Source: an uncultured Candidatus Rokubacteria bacterium (GTDB lineage: Bacteria > Methylomirabilota > Methylomirabilia > Rokubacteriales > CSP1-6). From it: a DNA stretch of 64,000 nt. The notes beneath the pieces are model-generated. The model was not told the origin of the DNA and searched no databases. It was given only the letters and a program-made list of their open reading frames with translations. The stretch covers positions 192,001 through 256,000 of the forward strand of contig CAVXJS010000011.1 in assembly GCA_963762145.1 (NCBI GenBank), in the 5' to 3' direction. A program made the translations under genes and the position numbers. Positions 9,526 through 18,647 of this stretch are shown one piece after another (positions within the stretch are counted from its first letter, which is position 1; each line of letters starts with the position of its first letter).

Positions 9526-10400
9526 GGGAGCCTGACCGAGAATCCGGACGAGACCTGACCCCGGATCCGGGCCGCGGACGGGAGCTCGATGGTCATCGTC
9601 ACGGTGTACGGTCCCTCGGCCGCGTCGGCGGGAACCGTCAGGCGCTGCTCGCTGGCGTAGGTCCCGGGAGCGACCGTCACCGTCTTCTCGAGGCGCCGCA
9701 GATCCTGGTCCCCGAACCGGATGGTCCGGGTCTCCTTGACCACCATCGGCGGGACCTCGGGCGGGGCGATGATCGTATAGGTGACCGCGAGGACGACCTG
9801 GGCTCCGGGCCGGAGAGAGGAAGGCGCCGCCGCTCCCCGCTCGACCTTGAGCACGATGCCGTGCTCCGGCTGGTAGTGGTACGCGAGCGCGACCTCGGCG
9901 CCGCTCTTCAAGCGGGAGATATCGGTGCCGACCGGCGGCGCGTCCGACGCCGGTCGGGGAGCCGGCGCGCCGGGCGGCGGCGCCGGGGTCGTCGTGGCGG
10001 GCCCGGGGGCCGTGGCCACGGGCCGTTCTCGCACCACCACCTCGCCGCGTCTCGGGACGAGCTCGACGCCGCCGCGGCTGAGCCCGGTCACCGTATACGG
10101 GTAGGTGCCCGCGGCGCCGAAGCGAGCCGTGTACACGCCGGACTTCGAGGACACGGCCGGCATGGTCGCCACGCGGTCGAACTCTATCTTGATCTCGCCC
10201 CGGGCGGGATCGCCGTTCACCCACGTCAGCTGCTCGCCGGGCTCCGCGCCGATCGACTCGGCCGAGAGCGGGTAGCCCGGAACGAGGGGGATGATGCGAC
10301 CGGACGGGGCGGGTGTCGCGCACGCGGTCAGGCTCGAGAGCGCCACCACCAGAGTGCCGAGTAGCCGGCTCACGGACTGCCGTCTCGTGGACGTTGGCAT
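9522..10400 (-). CDS. Lipoprotein: cupredoxin-like domain, Pro-rich linker, Ig-like C-terminal domain
   Basis: Hydrophobic leader ending in lipobox LTAC; GEQLTWVN...FGAAGTYPY plastocyanin-like strands without Cu ligands. Confidence 0.65.
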   Translation of the reverse strand: MPTSTRRQSVSRLLGTLVVALSSLTACATPAPSGRIIPLVPGYPLSAESIGAEPGEQLTWVNGDPARGEIKIEFDRVATMPAVSSKSGVYTARFGAAGTYPYTVTGLSRGGVELVPRRGEVVVRERPVATAPGPATTTPAPPPGAPAPRPASDAPPVGTDISRLKSGAEVALAYHYQPEHGIVLKVERGAAAPSSLRPGAQVVLAVTYTIIAPPEVPPMVVKETRTIRFGDQDLRRLEKTVTVAPGTYASEQRLTVPADAAEGPYTVTMTIELPSAARIRGQVSSGFSVRLP

Positions 10401-10535
10401 GGCGAAACCGCGCCTAAACTAGCACAGAGCGCTCACCTTCCGGCAGCTCCGCGCCGGCTGCCAAGAGAACGTATTTCCGGCGCGGGTTTGAGTTAAGCTC
10501 ACAGTCGGGGATTCGATCGGCATGAGGAGCTCGCG

Positions 10536-12329
10536 ATGAAGTACTGCCCCGTCTGCGAGACCGACTATCCGGACGACGTCAAGGTCTGTCCGCAGGACGG
10601 TGCCACGGTGCGCCGGCCGGGCGAGCGCGCCGATCCATTCCTCGGCCGCGTCATCAAGGGGCGCTATCGCGTCGAGCGCCAGGCCGGGCGCGGCGGCATG
10701 GGGACCGTGTACCTGGCCGAGCAGCTCAGCGTCGGGCGGAAGGTGGCCCTGAAGGTCCTCCGGGGCGACTTCGCCCGCGAGGAAGGCTTCGTCGCGCGCT
10801 TCCAGCAGGAGGCCAAGCTCGTGGCGAGCCTGAACGAGCGGCGGAATCCGCGCGTCACCCTGGTCCACGACTTCGACCAGACCGAAGACGGCAGCGTGTT
10901 CATCGTCATGGAGTGGCTGGAGGGCCGCGTGCTCAACGAGGTGATCCAGCGCGACCGGGGGCTCGACCTGCCCCGCGCGGTCCGGCTCGCCACCCAGATC
11001 GCCGAAGGGCTGGAGGCCGCTCACCGGACCAATGTCGTGCATCGTGACGTGAAGCCGCAGAACATCATGGTGCTCGAGGCGGGTGACGACATCAAGCTGA
11101 TGGACTTCGGCATCGCCCGCCTGCGCGACTCGGGAACGAACCTCACCCGGACCGGGACCATGATGGGCACGCCCGCCTACATGTCCCCCGAGCAGATCGA
11201 AGGGCAGGAGATCACCGAGAAGACCGACATGTACGCGTTCGGCATCGTGCTGTACGAGATGTTGACCGGGGTGGTCCCGTTCCGGGCCAGCACGCAGGCC
11301 GCCGTCCTCACCAAGCAGCTCCAGGAGCAGCCGGTGCCGCCGTCCCGGCTGCGACCGGAGATTCCGCAGGAGCTGGAGGCGATCGTCCTCAAGGCGCTCG
11401 AGAAGGATCCGGCCAAGCGCGAGCGGGACATGGCCGCCATCGTGCGTGCCCTGCGCGAGATGTCGCGACGGCTGGGGGAGGTCTCGACGGACACCTCTGC
11501 CGCCGCCGGCGCGCCGACGCTCGTCGTCGAGCGCCCGACGGCGCCGCGGCCCGAGGCGCCCCGGCCCGAAGCGCCGGATCCCACGATGCAGGTCGAGCGC
11601 ACGTTTGTCGCGCCGCGACCCCAGGCGTCGCATGAGCCGGTCCCGAGTGCCACCATCGTGCGGTCCGAGACGCTTCAGGAGAGCCCCACGCCCGGGCCGC
11701 CCGGCCGGTCGGCGTCGCACCTGGGGAGGGGATTGGCGATCGGCGGGGCCATCGCGGCCGTCCTGGTCGCGGCCGTCGGTACCGTCGTCTACCTGGTGCG
11801 GGTGCCGCCGCCCGCCTCCGCGCCGACGGCCTCCGCGCCGGCCCCGGCGACGCCGACGACCAGTCCTCCCCAGGTCTCGGCCGGCACTCCGGCCGCGTCG
11901 GGAGGTCCGCAGATCGTGCCGCCGAGGCCGCCGGCCCCGGTCAGTCCGCCGGAGCCGGTCGTGCCGCCGCCCGTCCAGTCACCGCCCGCTCCGGAGGTCA
12001 AGGCCCCCGCTCCTCCGAGGCCCGCTTCGCCGCCGCGCCCGGTCGCGCCCGCGCCCAAGCAGTCGGTGGCCGTCGCGAAGCCGGATCCGGCGAGCCCGGA
12101 CGGCCTCCGCGCGCGGCTGGAGGAGCGCCTCCGCAGTCGCGGACTGCTCCGGGGCAGCGGGTCCGATCCGAACACGGGGGTGACGGTCGAGGTGGGGCCC
12201 AATGGCGTCGTCACCTTGCGGGGGATCGTCCGGGACGCCACGCAGCGTGACGAGGCGGCGAACCTGGTGCGCATGGCCGGGGTGAACGAGGTCCGTCTGC
12301 GCGTCAACGTGCAGAGCAGCTGGAACTAG
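10536..12329 (+). CDS. Membrane Ser/Thr protein kinase with N-terminal Cys cluster, TM helix, Pro-rich stalk and C-terminal BON domain
   Basis: GRGGMGTVY, VALK, HRDVKPQN, DFGIA, GTPAYMSPEQ; GVTVEV..GVVTLRG..V..V BON pattern. Confidence 0.92.
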   Translation: MKYCPVCETDYPDDVKVCPQDGATVRRPGERADPFLGRVIKGRYRVERQAGRGGMGTVYLAEQLSVGRKVALKVLRGDFAREEGFVARFQQEAKLVASLNERRNPRVTLVHDFDQTEDGSVFIVMEWLEGRVLNEVIQRDRGLDLPRAVRLATQIAEGLEAAHRTNVVHRDVKPQNIMVLEAGDDIKLMDFGIARLRDSGTNLTRTGTMMGTPAYMSPEQIEGQEITEKTDMYAFGIVLYEMLTGVVPFRASTQAAVLTKQLQEQPVPPSRLRPEIPQELEAIVLKALEKDPAKRERDMAAIVRALREMSRRLGEVSTDTSAAAGAPTLVVERPTAPRPEAPRPEAPDPTMQVERTFVAPRPQASHEPVPSATIVRSETLQESPTPGPPGRSASHLGRGLAIGGAIAAVLVAAVGTVVYLVRVPPPASAPTASAPAPATPTTSPPQVSAGTPAASGGPQIVPPRPPAPVSPPEPVVPPPVQSPPAPEVKAPAPPRPASPPRPVAPAPKQSVAVAKPDPASPDGLRARLEERLRSRGLLRGSGSDPNTGVTVEVGPNGVVTLRGIVRDATQRDEAANLVRMAGVNEVRLRVNVQSSWN

Positions 12330-12330
12330 G

Positions 12331-13494
12331 ATGGCCGCGACCCCGCCCGCAAAGCCCGCCGACACGCCGGCTCGATCCGGCACGCCGCTGCGCCACGTCT
12401 TCACCGACCTGATCGCCTACGCGCTCCTGTTCCGCGAGAGCTGCGCGGAGCGTACGTGGACGCCCGCGGAGCTTCGAGATCGCCTGACCGCGCTCATCGA
12501 CGCTCAGGAGCGCCGGGCGCGTGGCGGTGAGGTCTCCTGGGATTCCTACGTCGAGGCGCGCTACGCGGTCCTGGCGTGGGTCGACGAGCTGATCATGAAC
12601 TCGCCCTGGCCGCACCGGGGCGACTGGCCGCATCTGATGCTCAAGTACTACGGCACGCTCAACGCGGGGAAGCAGTTCTTCGAGCGGATCGAGCAGCCGC
12701 CCGCCACCGAGCGCGACGTGATGGAGATCTACTACTTCTGCCTGGCCCTCGGGTTCGAGGGGAAGTTCGCCCTGGCGGAAAACCCGCGGACTCTGTCGGA
12801 GCTCAAGCAGCGGCTTCACAACCAGCTCGTCGCGGCGGGCGGGGGCGTGCACCTCTCCGAGGCCCGCCTCTTCCCCGAGGCCTACCGGCGTCCCCCTGCT
12901 CCCGCCCCGCCTCCGGGACGGTCGTGGTTCGGCCTCTGGCTCGGGCTGATCGTGGCCGTGCCGATCATCCTCTTCGTCGTCTACCTGTCGCTGCTCCGAT
13001 CCGCTGCCGACGCACGCATCAGGATGCTCACGCAGCCGGTGGCGCCGGCACCGGTCGTGATTCCGGGGTGGAACCTGACGCTGGTCGAGGAGCTGCGGCG
13101 CCGCGGGGTGGACGCCCGCGACACGCCACGGGGGGTGGTGATCACGCTGCCCGGCGTCTCGTTCGAGGTGAACCGCTCCGAGCTCAACCCGGCGGGAGAG
13201 CGGAGCGTCCGGGATGTGGCGGCGGCCCTCCTGCGCCTGGCTCCCGAGCGCCACGTGGCCGTCGAGGGGCACGCGAGCCGGGAGAAGGGCACCCTGGACG
13301 AGCAGAATCAGCGCCTGTCGGACGAGCGGGCCCGGCGGGTCGGCGAGGTCCTCCTGGAGTCGGGGCTCCGGCGCGACCGGATCACCTCCCGGGGGCTCGG
13401 CTCGAGCACCCCGGTGGCGTCCAACGAGACCGAGGACGGGCGTCGCCTCAACCGACGGGTGGAAATGACCGTAGAAAAGGTAGATGGGCGATAA
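12331..13494 (+). CDS. tssL: T6SS membrane protein TssL/DotU fused to OmpA-like peptidoglycan-binding domain
   Basis: ARYAVLAWVDE..W..LMLKYYGTLNAGKQFFE, EIYYFCLALGFEGK, TM helix, VEGH...N.RLSDERA...GRRLNRRVE. Confidence 0.92.
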   Translation: MAATPPAKPADTPARSGTPLRHVFTDLIAYALLFRESCAERTWTPAELRDRLTALIDAQERRARGGEVSWDSYVEARYAVLAWVDELIMNSPWPHRGDWPHLMLKYYGTLNAGKQFFERIEQPPATERDVMEIYYFCLALGFEGKFALAENPRTLSELKQRLHNQLVAAGGGVHLSEARLFPEAYRRPPAPAPPPGRSWFGLWLGLIVAVPIILFVVYLSLLRSAADARIRMLTQPVAPAPVVIPGWNLTLVEELRRRGVDARDTPRGVVITLPGVSFEVNRSELNPAGERSVRDVAAALLRLAPERHVAVEGHASREKGTLDEQNQRLSDERARRVGEVLLESGLRRDRITSRGLGSSTPVASNETEDGRRLNRRVEMTVEKVDGR

Positions 13495-13602
13495 TGGGGG
13501 CCGGCCTAGCGAATAACTTTGCGTAGCCCGAGTTTCCCATGGTACTTAGCTTTGCGCCGGTATGCCGTGCGTAGGTCAGAACCCTCGGGAGGAAAGCTGC
13601 CG

Positions 13603-14814
13603 ATGAGACAGATGCGGGCGGTCGTGTCCATGGTGGTAGCGGTCAGCAGTGTGCTGCTGGCACTACCGGTAGCGGTCAGTGCGCAGGGCGGCTTGGGCCT
13701 GAATGACACTATCATCCGTGCCCTCAGCAGCGACGGCGCGGGGTCCAACTGCACCGGATTGGGAGGTCCCGGGAACACCCAGGGCTCCCTCTTTAACCTC
13801 TGCGGCTCGGTCCCCCCCGCCGGCTCTGCGAGTAGCTCAGGTGGCACTCCCACCGTCGATAGCCAGCTCGGCGCGAGTCAGGAACAGCGCCGTCAGGCGG
13901 AACGCCTGGCCGAGCGGCGGGCCGGGAAGGGTGGTGCCGCCGACCAGTTGCTGAGCCCCGGGTTCGGCCTGTTCGTCAACGGGGACTACCAGTTCCTGAA
14001 CAAGGACAACACCCGGTACGAGACCGGCTTCGAGCAAAACACCGTAGGCACGACGTTTGGCCTCGACTATTCGTTCGGAAACCGGGCGGTACTGGGCGCC
14101 GCCATCAACTACGCTCACGAGTTCGGCGATTTCGCGGGGCCGACCGGCGGGTACAACAACGACGCCATCGGCCTGACGCTCTACGGGACCGTTGCCCCCA
14201 TGACGAATCTCTTCATCGATGGGTTCATCGGTTATGTCCGGAAGGAGTATTCGATCGACCGGCGCATCAAGATTCAGCTGGACAACAATGCGGTGGCCGC
14301 GGGGCTCATCGAGGGTGACACGCACTCGGACGAGTTCAACATCGGGACCAACATCGGCTACGATTTCATCCTCGGGAATTTCACGGTTGGCCCCCGGGCT
14401 GGTGTGAACTACCTGGATCGAAGGCTGGCGGGCTACAAGGAGTCCGGGAGCACCGGGATCGAGCTGGACTACGACAATCAGAACATCTCGTCGCTGACCA
14501 CAACCCTCGGGGTCTTCGCCTCGATGGCGGTGAGTACTCGGTGGGGTGTGCTGGTTCCTCAGGCGGCTGCCGAGTACGTGCACGAGTTCCTGAACAACCA
14601 GCGCACGGTGGGGTTCCGGTTCGTCGATACGATTTCCCAGCCGCGGCTCCTGTTCCGGACCGACACGCCCGATCGCGATTTCTTCAACCTCGGGGTCGGC
14701 GCGGTCTTCGTCCTGCCCAGTGGGATGTCGACGTTCGTGAACGTGCGTCAGCTGCTCGGGTACGACACGCGGCGGGCGACCAACGTGACGGTCGGGCTGC
14801 GGATGGCCTTCTAG
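13603..14814 (+). CDS. Autotransporter outer-membrane beta-barrel protein with very short passenger
   Basis: GGAGG RBS before ATG 13603, signal peptide, alternating beta strands, terminal VGLRMAF. Confidence 0.85.
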   Translation: MRQMRAVVSMVVAVSSVLLALPVAVSAQGGLGLNDTIIRALSSDGAGSNCTGLGGPGNTQGSLFNLCGSVPPAGSASSSGGTPTVDSQLGASQEQRRQAERLAERRAGKGGAADQLLSPGFGLFVNGDYQFLNKDNTRYETGFEQNTVGTTFGLDYSFGNRAVLGAAINYAHEFGDFAGPTGGYNNDAIGLTLYGTVAPMTNLFIDGFIGYVRKEYSIDRRIKIQLDNNAVAAGLIEGDTHSDEFNIGTNIGYDFILGNFTVGPRAGVNYLDRRLAGYKESGSTGIELDYDNQNISSLTTTLGVFASMAVSTRWGVLVPQAAAEYVHEFLNNQRTVGFRFVDTISQPRLLFRTDTPDRDFFNLGVGAVFVLPSGMSTFVNVRQLLGYDTRRATNVTVGLRMAF

Positions 14815-15607
14815 GACGAGGTCGCGGACGCGACCTCGCTCAGGATCCGGGGCCAGCGCGCCGCCCAGCAGCACACGTGGTCGAACTCGGGCACGACCAC
14901 GCAGCCGTCCGCGGCCGGTGACGCCGCGACGGACGATGTCGGCCGGCACCAGGCGATCGCGGCCGCCCGCGTAGTGGATCTGGACCACCCGGTCCGGGAG
15001 CGGGGGCTGCCGGGCGGGGTTGAGCGAGCCGACCAGGCGCAGGTCCCCGTGTAGGTCCGTCCACGCGTCGATGTCGAGGTTGGCCGCCACCGTGATCACG
15101 GCCACCGACTGTGGCACGCGAGAGGCCAGCAGCACGGCGAGCGTCCCGCCCCCGCTGTAGCCGAACCACACGACCTCCTCCACCCCCTCCGAAGCGAGGA
15201 TCCGTTGCACGGCGGCCACCATGCTGGCCAGCACGGTCTCGGAGTAGCGCGCCGAGGTCCACAAGGCATCCGGACACGACGGCTCATCGCCGAGACCGTG
15301 GTAGCAGGGCCGGCCCAGGTACGCGCTGGCGACGGGGTCCTGCGCCATCAGCTCCAGCGCGAGAGGTCGCCGCGGGGTGGGGTCTCGAGTGGGAAGCCCG
15401 GCCAGCCACGGGATGCCGTCCCCCTCCAGGTAGACGTGGAGGCGGCGGGTGGCGGGTTCCCGGTTCCTGATCAGCAGATGCTCGAACGGCGCCCCTCGCA
15501 CCCGCCCTTCCGAGAGCCCGAGGGCCGCGACTCTGCCGCGCGAACTCGCTCGAGGGCCCGGCGCACGCGGTCGCGGCGAGAAGCAGGCACGCGACCAGGA
15601 GCCTCAT
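14811..15607 (-). CDS. Exported alpha/beta hydrolase lipoprotein (frameshifted near 15530 and 14900)
   Basis: Leader MRLLVACLLLAATAC; VYLEGDG, YLGRPCY, nucleophile elbow GYSGGG, D.LVP, FDHVCCW. Confidence 0.75.
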
Positions 15608-15698
15608 TGACTCGCGGCCGCCGTTCGTGATACTTGCCCATCCACAGCGGCCCGGGGGGCGCCCTCGGGCTGGATCGGTCGTGAACGGAGGGGTATCA

Positions 15699-16202
15699 AT
15701 GGCTAGGACGCTCCGAGCCTCGGCACTTCGCCTCGTCATCCTGGCCGGCCTGATCGCGCTCGGCGGAACCGCGGATGCTCAAGGCCGGCTGCTGCTGCTG
15801 AGCCCGGACGAGGCGGTCCGGCTGCGCCTGGGTCGCGACGAGCGGCTCGTGGTCGGGCCCACCCTGCGCGGAGCGACCGGGCCCCGCATCCTGGTGCAGG
15901 AACCGCTCGTCAAGCAGACCGCGAACGGGGCCGTGATCGAGACCACGCCGGCCACCAGCTTCTTCATCGTGTTCGAGCCGAACGGCTCTCCGGTCGACAT
16001 GGAGTCGCTCGAGATCAAGGCGAAGAAGGGCATCCTGTCGATGTCGCTGACCCCGCGCCTGAAGCCCTTCATCGAAGGGACCAGCCTGAAGGCGGGGAGC
16101 GTGACCGTTCCGGAGGGACGTTTCCTCATCCAGATCGAGATCCTCGACAAGTCCGGGGCCAAGGCGGTGGAGCAGTACCGCCTCGACGTGCGCGGTAGCT
16201 GA
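15699..16202 (+). CDS. Secreted hypothetical protein (Ig-like beta sandwich)
   Basis: GGAGG RBS, signal peptide ending ADA, LLSPDEA...RGATGPRI...LTPRLKPFI pattern. Confidence 0.6.
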   Translation: MARTLRASALRLVILAGLIALGGTADAQGRLLLLSPDEAVRLRLGRDERLVVGPTLRGATGPRILVQEPLVKQTANGAVIETTPATSFFIVFEPNGSPVDMESLEIKAKKGILSMSLTPRLKPFIEGTSLKAGSVTVPEGRFLIQIEILDKSGAKAVEQYRLDVRGS

Positions 16203-16211
16203 GTCATCCTC

Positions 16212-16256
16212 CGGGTCCCGCGTCTACAGGGCGGGTCCCGCGTCTACGGGGTCCCG
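16212..16256. repeat. Tandem 16-bp direct repeat CGGGTCCCGCGTCTAC (20-bp period) plus a partial third copy
   Basis: Copies at 16212-16227 and 16232-16247, partial GGGTCCCG to 16256, between convergent stops. Confidence 0.7.
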
Positions 16257-17140
16257 AACAGGATGGCGTTGAAGTTCTTGCGGAACACGTCCAGCGAGAT
16301 CGTCGGCCGCTTGACCAGCATCGGGTCGTACAGCTCGATGCGGCCGCCCTTCATGCCGAGCACCGCGAAGCCGTGCCAGGACGACACGTCCTCGGCGTCG
16401 TCCTTCGACGCGGCCATCGTGGGGATCCGGGACGCATTGTCGGCGGCGGTCTTGATGCGCGCATCGTCGGTCTTGCCGGTGACGGCGAAGCCGTCGGGCT
16501 TCGCCCCCACCACGACCTCCCAGATGGCGTTCGCGGTCAGCCCCTTCGAGTCGAGCGCTTCGTATCCGCCTTCCTTCACCGCGTAGGCCTTCTCGATCGC
16601 GCAGGCCCAGATCACGCTGTTCGGCGACCGCATGTAGGCCGGCGTCCAGTTGCGATCGGCGTCGTCCGTGTAGAGCACGCTGCTGACCTCGAACGACTTG
16701 CCGCCCAGCTTCACCGTGAAGTAGCGGGTCGTCTGGATGACGTTGCCGGGCGGCGGCTCTTCGATGCGGTCCGCCACCGCGGAGAGATCCGTCTCGACGA
16801 TGGCGGCCTGCTCGGCGACGATGGCGTCGATCCGCTTCTGGCCCGCGGCGGTGTAGGCCAGCGCCGCGAGGAGAGCCGCGAGCGGACAGTTCGCGAGCGC
16901 TCCCTGGGTGACGTCCGCGAGCGCCGGGGTGGTCTTGGCATAGAGGCTCCACGGCACGTCACGGGCCACGATGGTCTTGGCGCCGCCCGCGGGCGGAGGC
17001 ATCACGAGCTTCTTGACCACCTTGCCGACCTGCTTCGGGGCCATGAAGATTCCGGAGCCCACGCTGAGCGGGCCGGGGAGGCGACCACCTCCCGCGGGGA
17101 GCGGGCCCAGCGGTCCGGGGAGGCGCGATTGCTGGGTCAT
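16244..17140 (-). CDS. Calpain-like (peptidase C2) cysteine protease
   Basis: DVTQGALANCPLAALLAALA (catalytic Cys), W..AIEKAYA..EGGYEAL, HGFAVLG (His), LYDP in place of NP. Confidence 0.8.
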   Translation of the reverse strand: MTQQSRLPGPLGPLPAGGGRLPGPLSVGSGIFMAPKQVGKVVKKLVMPPPAGGAKTIVARDVPWSLYAKTTPALADVTQGALANCPLAALLAALAYTAAGQKRIDAIVAEQAAIVETDLSAVADRIEEPPPGNVIQTTRYFTVKLGGKSFEVSSVLYTDDADRNWTPAYMRSPNSVIWACAIEKAYAVKEGGYEALDSKGLTANAIWEVVVGAKPDGFAVTGKTDDARIKTAADNASRIPTMAASKDDAEDVSSWHGFAVLGMKGGRIELYDPMLVKRPTISLDVFRKNFNAILFGTP

Positions 17141-17221
17141 CGATGCCGAGCATACTACGGGACCGACCTGTACCTGATCCGGCGCATTGACCGCTCGCGC
17201 GCGCGCGTGCTACGTCGGGCC

Positions 17222-17929
17222 ATGGCATCCTCCGGCGCCGGGATCGGGCAGTGGCCGGCCGAGGACCGGCCCCGCGAGCGGCTGTACCAAAAGGGGCCCG
17301 ACGCGCTCGCCGACGCGGAGCTGCTCGCGATTCAGCTCGGCAGCGGGCTCGCCGGGTGCAGCGCCATGGACATGGCGCGCGACCTGCTGAGCCGCTACGG
17401 GTCGCTCTCGGGGCTGGCCGGGCGCGGGGTGGCCGAGCTCGGCGCCATCCGTGGGGTGGGCCCGGTGAAGGCGGTGCGGCTGGCCGCGGCCTTCGAGATC
17501 ACCCGGCGGTTGCGCTCGCGGAACGGCCACGGCCGGGTGGTGCTCGGGAGCCCGGAGCAGGTCTTCGCCCGCTACGGGCCGTTGATGGAGGATCTCAAGA
17601 AGGAAGTGTTCCGGGTGGCCCTGCTCGATGCCCAGAACGGCCTGCTGCGCGACGTGGTGGTCTCGGAGGGCACGCTCTCGGCCAGCCTGGTGCACCCGCG
17701 CGAGGTCTTCAAGCCGGCCATCCTGGAGTCGGCCGCCTCGCTCATCCTCCTCCACAACCACCCGAGCGGCGACCCGACGCCCAGCCGGGAAGACCTGCGG
17801 CTCACGCGGCAGCTCGTGGAATGCGCCGAGCTGCTCGACATGCGCATCCACGATCATGTCATCATTGGGCGGGAGCGGTTCATCAGCCTGGCCCAGCGCG
17901 GGGCCTTGACGAAAGGGGAGGACCCATGA
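17222..17929 (+). CDS. radC: RadC family JAB-domain protein
   Basis: WPAEDRPRERL..KG.DALADAELLA, HhH, LVHPREVFKPA, HNHPSGDPTPSRED, DHVIIG. Confidence 0.95.
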   Translation: MASSGAGIGQWPAEDRPRERLYQKGPDALADAELLAIQLGSGLAGCSAMDMARDLLSRYGSLSGLAGRGVAELGAIRGVGPVKAVRLAAAFEITRRLRSRNGHGRVVLGSPEQVFARYGPLMEDLKKEVFRVALLDAQNGLLRDVVVSEGTLSASLVHPREVFKPAILESAASLILLHNHPSGDPTPSREDLRLTRQLVECAELLDMRIHDHVIIGRERFISLAQRGALTKGEDP

Positions 17930-18369
17930 AGATCCAGGGTGTGGGGCACGTGGTGCTGAAGGTGCGGGATCTCGATCGCTCGGCCCGGTTCTACACCGGC
18001 GTGCTCGGGCTCAAGGAAGTGGCCCGGTTCCCGGGCCGGATGGTCTTCTTCTCGGCGGGCAGCAACCACCACGATCTGGCCGTGATGGCGGTCGGGGCGG
18101 ACGCCCCGAATCCGCCCGAGCAGGCGGTGGGGCTGGCGCACGTGGCGCTCAAGATCGGCGATTCGCTGGAGACGCTGCGGGAGGCCCAGGCGGTGCTGGA
18201 GGCCAACCAGGTGAAGATCCGCGGCCTGCGGGATCACCACGTCAGCCAGTCGATCTATCTCGAGGACCCCGACGGCAACACGATCGAGCTCTTCGTGGAT
18301 GCCGACCCCGCCATCTGGTCCGAGGACCCGACGACGGTGGCTACCTCGAAGCCCTTAACCCTTCGCTAG
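17926..18369 (+). CDS. VOC/glyoxalase family protein
   Basis: GHVVLKVRDL.RS.RFY, HHDLA, GLAHVA, SIYLEDPDGNTIEL; ATGA overlap with radC. Confidence 0.88.
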   Translation: MKIQGVGHVVLKVRDLDRSARFYTGVLGLKEVARFPGRMVFFSAGSNHHDLAVMAVGADAPNPPEQAVGLAHVALKIGDSLETLREAQAVLEANQVKIRGLRDHHVSQSIYLEDPDGNTIELFVDADPAIWSEDPTTVATSKPLTLR

Positions 18370-18597
18370 CTTCTCGACCTCTTTCTTCGAGAGGCTCTGG
18401 ATGCGGGTGAGGAGGCCCTTCACCTTCCGCTCCGAGGCGTGATCGGCCAGGATCAGCTTCTTCGACTTCGTGCCGGTCACGATGTAGGCCACCCAGTCGT
18501 CGAGGTTCGGCGTGCCACGCCACGCCACCGTGAGCCCGCTGAGCCGCATCCGCTTCCTGCCCTCGACCTTCGCCAGTGGCTTCCGGCTGGCCTCCAT
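18355..18597 (-). CDS. Small basic hypothetical protein (80 aa)
   Basis: AGGAGGAGAGG RBS and a good sigma70 promoter upstream; Lys/Arg-rich. Confidence 0.7.
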   Translation of the reverse strand: MEASRKPLAKVEGRKRMRLSGLTVAWRGTPNLDDWVAYIVTGTKSKKLILADHASERKVKGLLTRIQSLSKKEVEKLAKG

Positions 18598-18647
18598 CGT
18601 GATCCTCTCCTCCTGAAAATGTGCACTGGGACGATGAGCGCCCGATC

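Noticed and set aside
11500-12100. Repetitive GC-rich DNA as a CRISPR or tandem array
   Set aside because: Encodes the Pro/Ala-rich kinase stalk; no constant repeat-spacer periodicity here or elsewhere in the window
17222-17929. radC as a marker of a mobile element
   Set aside because: Full-length chromosomal type with N-terminal HhH region; no integrase, att site or tRNA nearby
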